From an uncultured bacterium (GTDB taxonomy: Bacteria; SAR324; NAC60-12), in contig CAXGMD010000003.1 in the NCBI GenBank assembly GCA_964010765.1, positions 1-64,000 on the forward strand: a DNA stretch of 64,000 bases, read 5' to 3'. The number at the start of each line of letters is the position of its first letter. Position 1 is the first letter of the stretch. Position numbers and translations under genes: made by a program. Of this stretch, positions 31,401-40,828 are shown in pieces. A model generated the notes under the pieces. The model was not told the origin of the DNA. It saw only the letters and a program-made list of their open reading frames with translations, and ran no database searches.

Positions 31401-31739
31401 GATATGCTGGTAAAAAGATTGGTCTTCACTGGCAATGATTGCGTCAAAGAATGCTTCTGGAATCACCGCATCCAGATCAGAATCAATCCGAGTTGGCTGG
31501 TTAGCCTGCAGGTAAAGAAGATGGACTTGATCGTAGAAGGCGCCTAATTTCGTGCGTTGATCACGATAGTAGACAGTTGTTTCGGTAAGCAGACGCTGCT
31601 GGATCGCTTTACGATCAAGATGAGGGGCAGGAGCTAGAAACACAAGATAGCCCAGTACTGCTGTACCAGTCAGCAGTACTAGATTGATCAGCGTGAAGAG
31701 CCCGAAGCAGGCTTTGGCGACATATCGTGGAACTGACAA
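28311..31739 (-). CDS. Class A penicillin-binding protein (PBP1A-like transglycosylase/transpeptidase) with a large insertion
   Basis: N-terminal TM; EDQSFYQHIG, GGSTLTQQ; RQPGSTFK (SxxK), SEN (SxN), KTGT. Confidence 0.9.
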   Translation of the reverse strand: MSVPRYVAKACFGLFTLINLVLLTGTAVLGYLVFLAPAPHLDRKAIQQRLLTETTVYYRDQRTKLGAFYDQVHLLYLQANQPTRIDSDLDAVIPEAFFDAIIASEDQSFYQHIGVDPIGILRASWANLLAGRVIQGGSTLTQQTSELLFEHRPEHGEDRWANKALETLDALRLEARYSKRDILEFYTNLFHVHGTGQGLAIAARYYFNKNVSDLNLSEIAFIAGSVKGPANYNPFRTQNPEEIQRIVERATERRDYVLRNMLEMELISEERFLDASQDLVAFRQGSFRYQDNHQIEVVRQQMNEEPFHSILQDYGAEGVEKGELRIQTTLDPNLQYLAQFELRRHLSRLEFQRNGYAAPVTNPEPSSLQPESGNFYTGRIEEVLLGDNPSVKVQVGTDRAEVRGLLLEEFVRRINPQAPNKLRKKDFQQALENLKTGGSILVALHQRDNDGSIWQASIEQQPTLDGGVMVLQDGAVRAFAGGFDPRGFNRAMQAYRQPGSTFKLLLYMVAMELGWNPLEALSNEYRVYQWQGEIYIPKPDHNPPDNQSSMVWAGALSENLASIYLLEHLLDYLDLEQFERLMEFARFAREENESRADYVVRLRDTYGIIDTQYRMQPYLMEAARQELLRNTAFEPPEEEQALRNLYHGRNWRAEVRSRLRSGSARVSRERELLEHNFLRLQEVQERLRQQLVQTEDAFLNGSFKTDDQVAGEWIQNFYVHESALRTDPYKTPIPPRLAYAENPRDLTKGWVPITPYRFRLYNQVWTSNQRERFFSPANIWLHGKIRSTIFQGLEDLMQQRQQDLLRQEPYSTARLYWNHDFRMLLSLQTVVEVAALLGVESSLQPVLSFPLGANDVTLQDLAMLYQSLATGQVFGDSTSPKNHWSLIQRIEDTGGRTIYAANHQSRNVLDPGVNRALQEIMRSVVEYGTGRRAKRFLQTEYVREDGRQVTVQIPALGKTGTANNYSNATFVGHLPVPTRQGMQTQGGYTIAVYVGSDRPGEAEATANRFRLTGSSGALPVWSRIAYYLIQTREYQERLRIYHPNLKSLEGKLLLSYATSPPLNINDKNGLLEGEVTERNAEVFLPLPDSKLPREIPLFSRLLEGRSQTSAEGVWKERRWVTAMKQPQLMSSTSDPDVEQVPR

Positions 31740-31748
31740 GATCTCACA

Positions 31749-32096
31749 TCAGGTAGCAGGAAATTCATTTGCGTGAATCGGGTCACTCTTGGCAGCCATG
31801 ATGAAATCACTCTCCACCAAGCCATCAATCTTGTGTGTCCAATAGCTCACACGTACGTTGCGGAAGGATAGTATCAACTCAGGGTGATGACCTTCTGATT
31901 CTGCTAGATTCGCAATTAAATTCGTGAAACGAAGAGCTTCTTGGTAAGAGGGAAAGACATAATCTTTCTGAAGATGATGCTCGTTGATCATCTTCCAGCC
32001 ATTTTGCAATTCTTGGAGTAGCACTTCTAGCGCATCTCCTTTAAGCGGTGGAACACCTCCACGGCAAGGCGCACACTGCCTTTGGGACAACTCCAT
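31749..32096 (-). CDS. phhB: Pterin-4-alpha-carbinolamine dehydratase
   Basis: CAPCRGG, AESEGHHP, WTHKIDGL..DFIMAAK. Confidence 0.9.
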   Translation of the reverse strand: MELSQRQCAPCRGGVPPLKGDALEVLLQELQNGWKMINEHHLQKDYVFPSYQEALRFTNLIANLAESEGHHPELILSFRNVRVSYWTHKIDGLVESDFIMAAKSDPIHANEFPAT

Positions 32097-32216
32097 TATT
32101 CTCTTCTCCTTGAATTCGCTTGCTGCAAAATAAAGCCCACTGCAAACTATTGAAACACTTGTATTTTGCCTGGGCTAACCAGTATTTCGCAAATCAATTC
32201 CCCTGCATTCAGAAAT

Positions 32217-33074
32217 ATGACAACTCCTCAATCTCACTATGTGTTGTGCTGTGAACGAGAACTCCATGTAGAAGTTTGGAATCCTGCTGCGAGTGAAACT
32301 CTGGTCCTTTGGCACGGATTGACACGTACAGGAAGAGACTTTCGCACACTGGCAACCCATCTCCCTCCACACTATCGCCTGCTAATTCCTGATACTCTTG
32401 GACGAGGTCATTCGCAGTGGGCACAAGATCCAATAGTGGAATATACCGTCCCATTCTACATGAAACAGGCAGTTGCTTTGTTAGACCATTTTCAGGTCGA
32501 GCGTTGTGGCTGGATCGGAACTTCGATGGGTGGGATCATGGGCATGCTGCTTGGAGCCACCAGTTTACATAAGCTCTTGGTGGGACTAGTGATCAACGAT
32601 ATCGGTCCAGAGTTACCCACCGGAGCGATTCAGAGGATTGCGAGCTACGTTTCCAGGCCCCCAACTCTCAACAATTTTCAGGAACTGAAGCAGTACTTTC
32701 AGCAGGTCTACCAACCGTTTGGGTGGCTTAGTGATCAGGAATGGCAGGAATTAGCAATTTCCTCAGCTAGGAGGAAAGATGATGGGAGATGGACCGTTCA
32801 CTACGATGTACGTTTATCAGAACCCTTTGCCCAAGCGTCCCAAGGAAGAGATCTGTGGGAGATCTACGAGCAGATTTGTTGTCCAGTGATGATTCTTCGA
32901 GGTGAATTTTCCGATATACTGACTCCCAGTGTTGCAGAACAAATGACAACTAGGGGGCCAATGGGAAAGTTGTTTACCCTCCCGAACTGTGGACATGCAC
33001 CCTATCTGAACACTCCCGAACAAATCGGTCTTCTAAAGAAATTTTTGCAGGAGATTTTCCACCAAGCTTCCTAA
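32217..33074 (+). CDS. Alpha/beta hydrolase
   Basis: HGLTRTGRDF, GTSMGG nucleophile elbow, NDIGP, CGHAP; ATG 32217 preferred to TTG 32166. Confidence 0.9.
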   Translation: MTTPQSHYVLCCERELHVEVWNPAASETLVLWHGLTRTGRDFRTLATHLPPHYRLLIPDTLGRGHSQWAQDPIVEYTVPFYMKQAVALLDHFQVERCGWIGTSMGGIMGMLLGATSLHKLLVGLVINDIGPELPTGAIQRIASYVSRPPTLNNFQELKQYFQQVYQPFGWLSDQEWQELAISSARRKDDGRWTVHYDVRLSEPFAQASQGRDLWEIYEQICCPVMILRGEFSDILTPSVAEQMTTRGPMGKLFTLPNCGHAPYLNTPEQIGLLKKFLQEIFHQAS

Positions 33075-34873
33075 GCAGCTGCCTGTAACCGCTGCGACCA
33101 GTTACAAGCTTGCTGGAGATACTCTTTCTCCCCGTCTTCATTGAGGAGTGGTGAAATCTCTTCCCAAACTCGCTTGTGATAGTGCTGCAACCAATTCCAT
33201 TCGTCTTCTGTAAGCAGTTCTTCGCAGACTAGCTTACGCTCAAAGGGGATCAGGGTCAGTGTGTCAAAGCAAAGCCACTTTTTGCCATCTGGATGCCTAG
33301 GATGCTGGGTAGCTGACTGCACAACATAGAGATTTTCCAAGCGAACTCCTCCCCAACCCGTGCGATAGTACCCAGGCTCATTGGAAATGATCATTCCAGA
33401 CCGAAAACCAACATCTCCAGCAAAGGCCGATATGCGTTGTGGCCCTTCATGCACTCCAAGGAAGGCTCCTACGCCGTGACCCGTTCCATGTCCAAAATCA
33501 AGTCCTTCATTCCATAACAAAGATCGAGTCACACCATCCAGCACCGCACCATTCGTACCCTCAGGAAAAACCTGGCGAGCCAGTCGAATATGTGCTTGCA
33601 GCACCCTCGTATAGCATCGTTGTTGCTCAGCATCAGGCTCTCCCCAGATCATCGTACGAGTCGCATCGGTTGTTCCTCCTCCACACTGAATTCCAGAGTC
33701 GACCAATAGGAATTCGCCATCTGTCAGAATTTTCTCTGCACTCGGATTGCTGTAATGAACAATCGCTGCGTTAGCACCAGCTCCAGCAATTGTTTCAAAG
33801 CTCAAATCTGCAAAATCTGGTCGTTTCTCATAGTAGCTACGTAGCCATCCAGCATATTGTTGTTCACTTACCTTTTCACTATTCCGCTCAGCTTGCTTCA
33901 ATCTAGCAAGACTCTGAACTTTTCCAACTGCTGCCTGTCGGTGAGCGTAGCGAATACGCTGCAATTCGACTTCATTCTTCAGAGCACGTGGCATGATAAC
34001 TGGACTTTCTGCTTCCAATACCTGGGCAGATTGATCTTGTAATAATAGCAAGGTGCCCATTGTAACCCCCTGTGGGTCCAACCAAACATACGCAGAATCA
34101 TCCGCTGCTAAATGCTTCAAGGTGGGAGCGTAGTCCTCATATGGATAGAACGTCCAATCCGTTAGTGATTTTAGTTCTGTGCTAGTAGGAAAATGACAAA
34201 AGCAGATTGCTTCTGTCTTGGAAATCAGCGCATAGGATTCGAAGACTGGATTACAAGGAACGTCCTTTCCCCGCAAATTAGTCAACCAGGCAATCTCATC
34301 TAGCTGGGTCAACAATAAATGTGTAGCCTGATGTTTATCTAGTTGGTCACGCAATTCTGTCAATTTTTCTAAGGTGGAACGACCCGTCCAAGAAAGTGGC
34401 AACAAATTAGGTTCTACCCGTTCAGGCATCGCAATTGATCCGGTCTGATCAACTAAGTTACCAAGCACTGGTACCAACTCCGACTGGCAGTTCATCAACG
34501 CCTGCGACCAACGTCGCCAACTCCGTGGGCTAACTGTAAACGGATCTACTCCGAAACGACATCCAATCGATTGCCCTGCGAGCCATTCCACGACGTCTGG
34601 AACTCCGGCGAGCCCTAGTTTTCGGATTTCAAAATGATCTCCGCTTTGCGCATCTGCTTGAATATAGTAGCGAGAGTCTACAAAAAGCTGCGATCGTCCT
34701 TCCCGCAGAACAATCGCAATGCCAGCAGATCCATTGAATCCGCTCAATGCTTCCAAACGACGATGGTGCAGAGGCACATACTCGTTCAGGTGCTCATCTG
34801 TCGTTGGTACTAAATAGCCATCTAATTCAGATTCCTGAATCAACTTCTGTAGCTGAGACAGACGACTGGACAT
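33071..34873 (-). CDS. Xaa-Pro aminopeptidase (M24B)
   Basis: DEHLNEY, IVHY, DSG...GTTDATRT, HGTGHGVG..VHEGP, NEPGYY, RLEN. Confidence 0.93.
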   Translation of the reverse strand: MSSRLSQLQKLIQESELDGYLVPTTDEHLNEYVPLHHRRLEALSGFNGSAGIAIVLREGRSQLFVDSRYYIQADAQSGDHFEIRKLGLAGVPDVVEWLAGQSIGCRFGVDPFTVSPRSWRRWSQALMNCQSELVPVLGNLVDQTGSIAMPERVEPNLLPLSWTGRSTLEKLTELRDQLDKHQATHLLLTQLDEIAWLTNLRGKDVPCNPVFESYALISKTEAICFCHFPTSTELKSLTDWTFYPYEDYAPTLKHLAADDSAYVWLDPQGVTMGTLLLLQDQSAQVLEAESPVIMPRALKNEVELQRIRYAHRQAAVGKVQSLARLKQAERNSEKVSEQQYAGWLRSYYEKRPDFADLSFETIAGAGANAAIVHYSNPSAEKILTDGEFLLVDSGIQCGGGTTDATRTMIWGEPDAEQQRCYTRVLQAHIRLARQVFPEGTNGAVLDGVTRSLLWNEGLDFGHGTGHGVGAFLGVHEGPQRISAFAGDVGFRSGMIISNEPGYYRTGWGGVRLENLYVVQSATQHPRHPDGKKWLCFDTLTLIPFERKLVCEELLTEDEWNWLQHYHKRVWEEISPLLNEDGEKEYLQQACNWSQRLQAAA

Positions 34874-34904
34874 TTATAAATCTCTTTTGATTTGCGATTA
34901 GTTT

Positions 34905-34932
34905 GTGTTGGCCTTCAAGGCCAACACTTTTT
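34905..34932 (+). terminator. Perfect inverted repeat followed by T5 on the plus strand
   Basis: GTGTTGGCCTT-C-AAGGCCAACAC-TTTTT. Confidence 0.55.
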
Positions 34933-34950
34933 GGGGAATGTAGGGAACAA

Positions 34951-35379
34951 TCAGAATAGTTTGATCGGTGATTTAACACCTTCGGTAGGATAACGCGGGC
35001 GTGGGCGACTAGATGGACGTGTCCCGTATTCAGGCTTTACTCTGAATGGATTGAAGTTCCGGCGTTGCGTATCATCATCTTCCAACACAGATCGTCGGAG
35101 CGAACCGTAGTTCAGTGGATAAACCGGCGGACTTCCCGTATTGCTCTCCAACATGCTGTTCACTGAACGGCCCCTACGAACCTCAGCTTGGTATGCTTGA
35201 TCATAGTAGCCACTTTGATAACCAGCACGAGACTGTGTTCGATGCTGCTGAAGTTGCTCATAGTTAATGCCTGGGCTTCGCGGCGCCATTGGCTTTCCAC
35301 CGGTGATTCTTCGAGCTTCAGCTTCCTGTACTCCAAGATAGAGCAACACAAAGCACATCCATACAATCCATGGTTTCAT
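34951..35379 (-). CDS. Hypothetical secreted low-complexity (R/P/S/Y-rich) protein
   Basis: MKPWIVW...QEAEA signal peptide from ATG 35379 with AGGA upstream. Confidence 0.6.
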   Translation of the reverse strand: MKPWIVWMCFVLLYLGVQEAEARRITGGKPMAPRSPGINYEQLQQHRTQSRAGYQSGYYDQAYQAEVRRGRSVNSMLESNTGSPPVYPLNYGSLRRSVLEDDDTQRRNFNPFRVKPEYGTRPSSRPRPRYPTEGVKSPIKLF

Positions 35380-35469
35380 AATCCTATCTCTCTTCTTGGA
35401 TTTCGATTTATGATAAAAGATGTGCAAATACCAAACAAATATTTTACCACCTTCTTCTATCGAAGATCT

Positions 35470-36066
35470 TTAGGTTAGACTACGAATCAAATCAATAGCC
35501 CATTCTTCTTCCTGATAAGCAGAAGAATCTGCAGCCACACCACCTTGTGAAATCAGAATTTCAGGGGCTTGGTCCAATGGCGGCTGTGTGGGCTTAGTAC
35601 GCTTCGCGGCTGTACGAGGAACTATCATCCGGACTTCTTCTTCGCGCAGCGTCTGGATCATCTCACGCATCTTATAGCTGCGCATCAATTGACCCAGTAT
35701 GCGTTTGGTGTAAAGATCCAGAAGATTAGGCCCCTCACGATGGAAAAGAGCAAACCATTGTAACGGTTCTTGTGTATGGATCATCGCTGTACCATTGAAA
35801 AGCGGAAGAAAGGTCGCTGGCACCTCATCATTCCAAGCAATCAATGTACAGTCGCCAAAAGCCTGTTCCGGCGTTGCATGGTCATCTAAAAGCGTTTGAA
35901 GCAACTGCGGCGCAATATTGGGATAGGGCGTCAACAGGTTTCGCAGATGATCTCGGCGATTTCCTTGTTGCCAGGCTTCTACGCAATGCGCCTCACACTC
36001 TCCCTCAACATGGCAGATTGGACAAACGAGATCTATTCGACTGGTGATCTGACGTTGATTGATCAT
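35470..36066 (-). CDS. Hypothetical protein with an N-terminal Cys cluster
   Basis: CPICHVEGECEAHC; ATGA overlap with the miaB stop. Confidence 0.65.
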   Translation of the reverse strand: MINQRQITSRIDLVCPICHVEGECEAHCVEAWQQGNRRDHLRNLLTPYPNIAPQLLQTLLDDHATPEQAFGDCTLIAWNDEVPATFLPLFNGTAMIHTQEPLQWFALFHREGPNLLDLYTKRILGQLMRSYKMREMIQTLREEEVRMIVPRTAAKRTKPTQPPLDQAPEILISQGGVAADSSAYQEEEWAIDLIRSLT

Positions 36067-37403
36067 TTTGACAGTGGTTCTGCTTCCAGCAGGTAGGTTT
36101 TGGCTCCAGTGATCTGAACTGGCACTAATTCTCCTGGTTCAGCGGCACAGTTTGCAATCGCAACCGAATGGTAACCTCGACTCCTTCCGTTGAGTCGATT
36201 TGGGTCCTTCAAATAAGGGCCTTCGACCAAGACCTCCTGCGAACTACCGATCAAAGCCTTGTTTTTGGCTTTTACAATCGGTTCCTGTAATTCCAATAGC
36301 CGGCGCAATCTCTCGATCTTGACCTCTTCTGGCAACTGTCCCGAATATGCCGCCGCAGGTGTATCTGGCCGTGGGGAATACTTAAATGCGAAGATCTGGT
36401 CATAATGGACGGTTTGGATCGCTTGCAAAGTCTGTTCGAAATCCTCTTCTGTTTCACCAGGAAAGCCAACAATCATATCAGTTGATAACGTTCCCTGTGG
36501 TACGTAGCGGCGATACAAGGCTACTTTTTCCAGATATTTTTCCAAGGTATACCAGCGACGCATTCGACGCAGCACACGATCTGAACCCGACTGCAGAGGT
36601 AGATGGAGTTGTTCACATAAACTGGGCAACTCAGCAAATCCTTCCGCAAGTTCTTCTCGAAAATCTTTAGGATGTGGTGAAGTAAATCTTATGCGTTGCA
36701 ATCCTTCAATCTTATCCATTCGCCTTAGCAATTCGACAAAATCGACACCATCTGCCTTGTACGAATTGACGTTCTGCCCAAGTAAACAAATTTCACGAAC
36801 TCCCTGAGCAACCAGATTTCTAGCTTCCTGCAAAATATTTTTTGGTTCCCGACTCACTTCCAAACCCCGTGTCACTGGGACAATACAAAAAGAGCAAAAA
36901 TTATTACACCCTTTGGTAATCGCAAGATGAGCTTTCAGGCTAGCTCCTTTTGATAAAGAAACTTCCTCTGGGATAAAATTTCTGACTTTTTGACGAGGAG
37001 CTACACGATTCGTCCTTGCGATACGCTCTCCCTGAGCAACTTCTGCTAAAAGTTCAGGGAGTTCGAATAAATTATCTGTACCAAAGACCAAATCGACACT
37101 GCGTTCTCTTACAAGAATTTGCTGACCTTCCTGTTGTGCAACACACCCACCAACTCCAATTTTCAGCTTAGGATTAGCTTGTTTCAGTTTCCGCAGCCTG
37201 CCTAGCAAGCTATAAACTTTTTGTTCTGCCTTATCTCGAACAGAACAGGTATTCAGCAGAATCAAGTCAGCTTCTCCAGCCTCATCTGTGTACTGATAAT
37301 TTTCCTGATTCAAGATTTCGAGCATCTTATCGCTATCGTACTCGTTCATCTGACAACCAAAGGTTGCTATGTGCACCTTACGTTGAGGCAAAGTCGATTT
37401 CAT
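36063..37403 (-). CDS. miaB: tRNA-2-methylthio-N6-dimethylallyladenosine synthase
   Basis: TFGCQMNEYDS, NTCSVR, GGCVAQ, radical SAM CNNFCSFC, LGQNVNSY, C-terminal TRAM. Confidence 0.96.
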   Translation of the reverse strand: MKSTLPQRKVHIATFGCQMNEYDSDKMLEILNQENYQYTDEAGEADLILLNTCSVRDKAEQKVYSLLGRLRKLKQANPKLKIGVGGCVAQQEGQQILVRERSVDLVFGTDNLFELPELLAEVAQGERIARTNRVAPRQKVRNFIPEEVSLSKGASLKAHLAITKGCNNFCSFCIVPVTRGLEVSREPKNILQEARNLVAQGVREICLLGQNVNSYKADGVDFVELLRRMDKIEGLQRIRFTSPHPKDFREELAEGFAELPSLCEQLHLPLQSGSDRVLRRMRRWYTLEKYLEKVALYRRYVPQGTLSTDMIVGFPGETEEDFEQTLQAIQTVHYDQIFAFKYSPRPDTPAAAYSGQLPEEVKIERLRRLLELQEPIVKAKNKALIGSSQEVLVEGPYLKDPNRLNGRSRGYHSVAIANCAAEPGELVPVQITGAKTYLLEAEPLSK

Positions 37404-37426
37404 GAAATGGTCAAATTGGTTAAGTA

Positions 37427-37822
37427 TTAGGCTAATTCAACAGACTGCAACGGACTTAGACCCATTTCTGCGGCACAGATAGAGCATGCGACATCCTGTA
37501 GATCCTGAGGATATTCCACATAGTGAGACTTACCATTATTTTGCCAGAGTGTCTCCTCGAGTTGTAAGCCGTGGGCTGTTGGACGAACAAACTCGTACCA
37601 TTCTGTGCGATACAAGTTCTGCAAGCTTTTCAGCACAAAGTATTGGCCACTCTCATCCCTGAATCCACGATCAGGCTGAGCCATTGCTTTCGACTCCTCA
37701 GTACGTTCTAAGATCGCTCTAAAGTCAAATTTACCCCATAAGAAATGAACCGAAGGCGTAACAGGATCGCGATCAACTTGAAAAACAAAATAGTTTTGAC
37801 GTCGGAATGTATAAGAATTCAA
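37427..37822 (-). CDS. Hypothetical protein
   Basis: 131 aa; TTG start with AGAGG SD; directly upstream of miaB. Confidence 0.6.
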   Translation of the reverse strand: MNSYTFRRQNYFVFQVDRDPVTPSVHFLWGKFDFRAILERTEESKAMAQPDRGFRDESGQYFVLKSLQNLYRTEWYEFVRPTAHGLQLEETLWQNNGKSHYVEYPQDLQDVACSICAAEMGLSPLQSVELA

Positions 37823-38031
37823 TGTAGCCTCTTTTACTCAGTACCAGTGGACTCAAATTTGATTAAATTGACCTAATGGATCTCTTTTTTGCAAGAAAAA
37901 CTTTAGTCTACAAGCTGAATTAAAGCGAAAAACTCTTTTCTCTTTTGTGTCATTTATCTTGCAAGAAATCAGGTATATAGGAATGATTTTTTGATTAATC
38001 CATTCACAAAAATGCTCTCTTCAAAGAGACA

Positions 38032-39909
38032 ATGACGCTTCGCTCACTGCAATTCCTCATTCTGCTAGTAATCTTTTGCTGGGGTTCTCCACTAACCGGT
38101 TTCGGAGAATCCTCGAACCAGATCAGCACAGGCAAAGGGAAACCTTCGCTCCAGGCCATTGCAGATCAAAGATACTACGACATTCCCATCAAGCTCAATG
38201 AGCGAGTGCAACAGATGCTACGCTACTACACCGAGCGTAAGCATTCCATTCTTAACCGTGGACTTGCTCGTTCTGGGCGATACATGGATATGTTCCGCAG
38301 AGAACTACGAGCTTGGGGCCTTCCACAGGACTTAGTCTTCGTTGTTGCGGTGGAAAGTAACTTCAATGAACGCTCTGTCTCCGTCAAGCAGGCCGTCGGG
38401 CTCTGGCAGTTCATGTCAACCACAGCACAGCAATATCAGCTTAGGGTAGATCCTTGGATTGATCAACGCAGAGATCCTCTCAAAGCTACACGCGCTGCCG
38501 CACAGCACTTCAAATACCTTTACGAAATTTTTGGTGATTGGGAACTTGTGCTGGCAGCCTATAATGCTGGTGAAGGAAGAGTTCAGCGTGCGATGGAACG
38601 AGCCAAGCAGCGAAAAAAACCAACTGACTTCTGGTCGCTATCTTTACCTCGGGAAACGCGGAGCTACGTTCCAGCAATCATGGCTACCGCAATCATCTAC
38701 AAGAACTTAGATTATTTCGGAATCACTGGTGTTGCACTAGAACCTCCAATGGAACAGTCACAGTTCCAAGTACCTGTCGACTTTTCCTTCCAAGAAGTCG
38801 CTCAGCGTGCGGGAATGCCACTAGACGAATTGCTCACCTACAATATGGCATATCTCCGAGAGATGCCGCCCATTGATCAGAAACATTACACTATCTACCT
38901 TCCACAGAAATATCAGCCTGCACTGTGGCAATCTCTTCGCCAGTATGGTGAGCCTTCTTCCCACTGGCTCCAGCACTACAATAGCATGTTGCAAGACACT
39001 CCAGAAAATCTACAAACTCTTGAGCGCCATGGTGACTTGAAATATGTGCGTGTGCAACGAGGAGAGAATCTATCGACAATTTCGCGCAAGTACAACACAA
39101 CCATCACAAGACTATTGCGCTGGAACCGAATCCCTAAAAATCAGCTTCTGCAAGTTGGACAACGCCTCAAGATGTATGTTGTCAATCGCAAGGTCTTGGA
39201 AGACGTTCGAGAAAAAAATCAAAACCTGGAAGAGCGTATCCGTGGGACACAGTTTGTCATCCGGGTTCCCAAAGGAGCAACCCTCTCTGAACTGGCAGAG
39301 CGATACCACACAAACATCAAAGAGCTAATGACGATCAATCGCTTACGCTCACCAATGGATCTGCAAGCTGGCCAATCTCTAAAGATTTATGCTCGCCCCA
39401 AAACGATTCAAGTTCCCCAAGGAGCAACGCTATCCAACTTAGCACAACGCTATGATGTTTCTGTAAAGGAGTTGATGGCTTGGAATAATCTTGCTGCTCC
39501 TAATGCTTTGCAGGCGAACCAGACACTAATCATTGCTCCACCACCCGAACCAACCTCTCAACAACTGGTTCAGGAAAAACAGGTCAGAATAAGGGTTCCC
39601 CAAGGAGCAACCCTCTCTGAACTGGCAGAGCGCTATAATGTGACTGTCAGTAAATTGATGGAATGGAACAATCTGAAAAGTTCTGATTCACTACTTGCGG
39701 GACAACAACTCACCGTATTTAGAGAGATCACACAAAACAACAAAGCAACCCACAGAATTATCCAGGTGCGTATGGGTGATACTCTCTGGGATATTGCTAG
39801 AGAACACAGGACTTCTGTTGAGCAACTCTTGGTTCTTAATGATCTTGAAGGAAACGAACCATTACGACTTAACCAAAAGTTAAAGGTACCCGTCCGACCA
39901 GATATTTGA
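38032..39909 (+). CDS. MltD-like lytic transglycosylase with five or more LysM domains
   Basis: VESNF, AVGLWQFM, LAAYNAGEG, LPRETRSYV; five clear LysM repeats. Confidence 0.92.
   Translation: MTLRSLQFLILLVIFCWGSPLTGFGESSNQISTGKGKPSLQAIADQRYYDIPIKLNERVQQMLRYYTERKHSILNRGLARSGRYMDMFRRELRAWGLPQDLVFVVAVESNFNERSVSVKQAVGLWQFMSTTAQQYQLRVDPWIDQRRDPLKATRAAAQHFKYLYEIFGDWELVLAAYNAGEGRVQRAMERAKQRKKPTDFWSLSLPRETRSYVPAIMATAIIYKNLDYFGITGVALEPPMEQSQFQVPVDFSFQEVAQRAGMPLDELLTYNMAYLREMPPIDQKHYTIYLPQKYQPALWQSLRQYGEPSSHWLQHYNSMLQDTPENLQTLERHGDLKYVRVQRGENLSTISRKYNTTITRLLRWNRIPKNQLLQVGQRLKMYVVNRKVLEDVREKNQNLEERIRGTQFVIRVPKGATLSELAERYHTNIKELMTINRLRSPMDLQAGQSLKIYARPKTIQVPQGATLSNLAQRYDVSVKELMAWNNLAAPNALQANQTLIIAPPPEPTSQQLVQEKQVRIRVPQGATLSELAERYNVTVSKLMEWNNLKSSDSLLAGQQLTVFREITQNNKATHRIIQVRMGDTLWDIAREHRTSVEQLLVLNDLEGNEPLRLNQKLKVPVRPDI
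39263..39632 (+). repeat. Intragenic 40-bp direct repeat (39263-39302 and 39593-39632)
   Basis: GGGTTCCC[A/C]AAGGAGCAACCCTCTCTGAACTGGCAGAGCG, 39/40 identical, 330 bp apart. Confidence 0.9.
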
Positions 39910-39957
39910 GCAACATACCCATCAGCCTTCCTTTTCTCGTCTCATTCGAAATCCCCA

Positions 39958-40821
39958 ATGAAAATCAGCCCTCAGGACAAGAAAGATCTACTGATCGAGG
40001 CTCTATCTTACATTCAGCGCTTCCGTAACCAGATCATCGTTATCAAGTACGGAGGAGCCGCAATGATCGAGGAAGCCCTGAAAACCAGCTTTGCCCAAGA
40101 CATTGTGCTGCTGCAATCCTTAGGAATGCGACCAGTCGTTGTCCATGGTGGTGGTCCAGAAGTATCGAAGGTGATCCAGAGCCTAGGCCAGGAAGTGACC
40201 TTCGTTGATGGACTAAGGGTAACGACTGCAGAGAATCTGAAGGTCGCTGAGATGGTACTCTCAGGAAACCTCAATAAAGAGATTATCGCTCATTTACAGA
40301 CTTTCGGGGGGAAAGCAGTCGGACTTAGCGGGAAGGATGGAAATCTGATTCAAGCTGACAAGAAAAAGCACGCCAGTGGCATCGACCTCGGCTATGTAGG
40401 CACTATCAGACAGATCAATCCCGAACTGTTGCACCTACTAATTCGAGAGCAGTTCATTCCAGTTGTCTCGCCAATAGGGATGGGGAGTAGTGGTGGGACC
40501 TACAACATCAATGCCGACACTGTCGCGGCTGCAATTGCAGTTGCTTTAGAAGCACGCAAGGTGATTTTCATGACTGATGTTGATGGGGTACTATCAGATG
40601 GGAAAGAGTTGATTTCTTATCTGGACACGGCTACTGCAGAAAACTTGATCGCCAACAAGGTGATTTCAGGTGGGATGGTCCCTAAAATTCAGGCTGCGTT
40701 GGATTGCGTTAAAACCAACGTTCGTTCGGCTCACATCATTAACGGAACCGATCCGCACTCTGTGATTGCTGAACTATTTACGGATCAAGGGATTGGAACA
40801 CAGATAGTGAGGGCTGAATGA
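39958..40821 (+). CDS. argB: Acetylglutamate kinase
   Basis: VIKYGGAAM, VHGGGPE, DGLRVT, GLSGKDG, YNINADT, GGMVPK. Confidence 0.96.
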   Translation: MKISPQDKKDLLIEALSYIQRFRNQIIVIKYGGAAMIEEALKTSFAQDIVLLQSLGMRPVVVHGGGPEVSKVIQSLGQEVTFVDGLRVTTAENLKVAEMVLSGNLNKEIIAHLQTFGGKAVGLSGKDGNLIQADKKKHASGIDLGYVGTIRQINPELLHLLIREQFIPVVSPIGMGSSGGTYNINADTVAAAIAVALEARKVIFMTDVDGVLSDGKELISYLDTATAENLIANKVISGGMVPKIQAALDCVKTNVRSAHIINGTDPHSVIAELFTDQGIGTQIVRAE

Positions 40822-40828
40822 AGGGGGC

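Noticed and set aside
36010..36030. CPICH as a heme c site
   Set aside because: No export signal, and extra Cys/His nearby fit metal binding better
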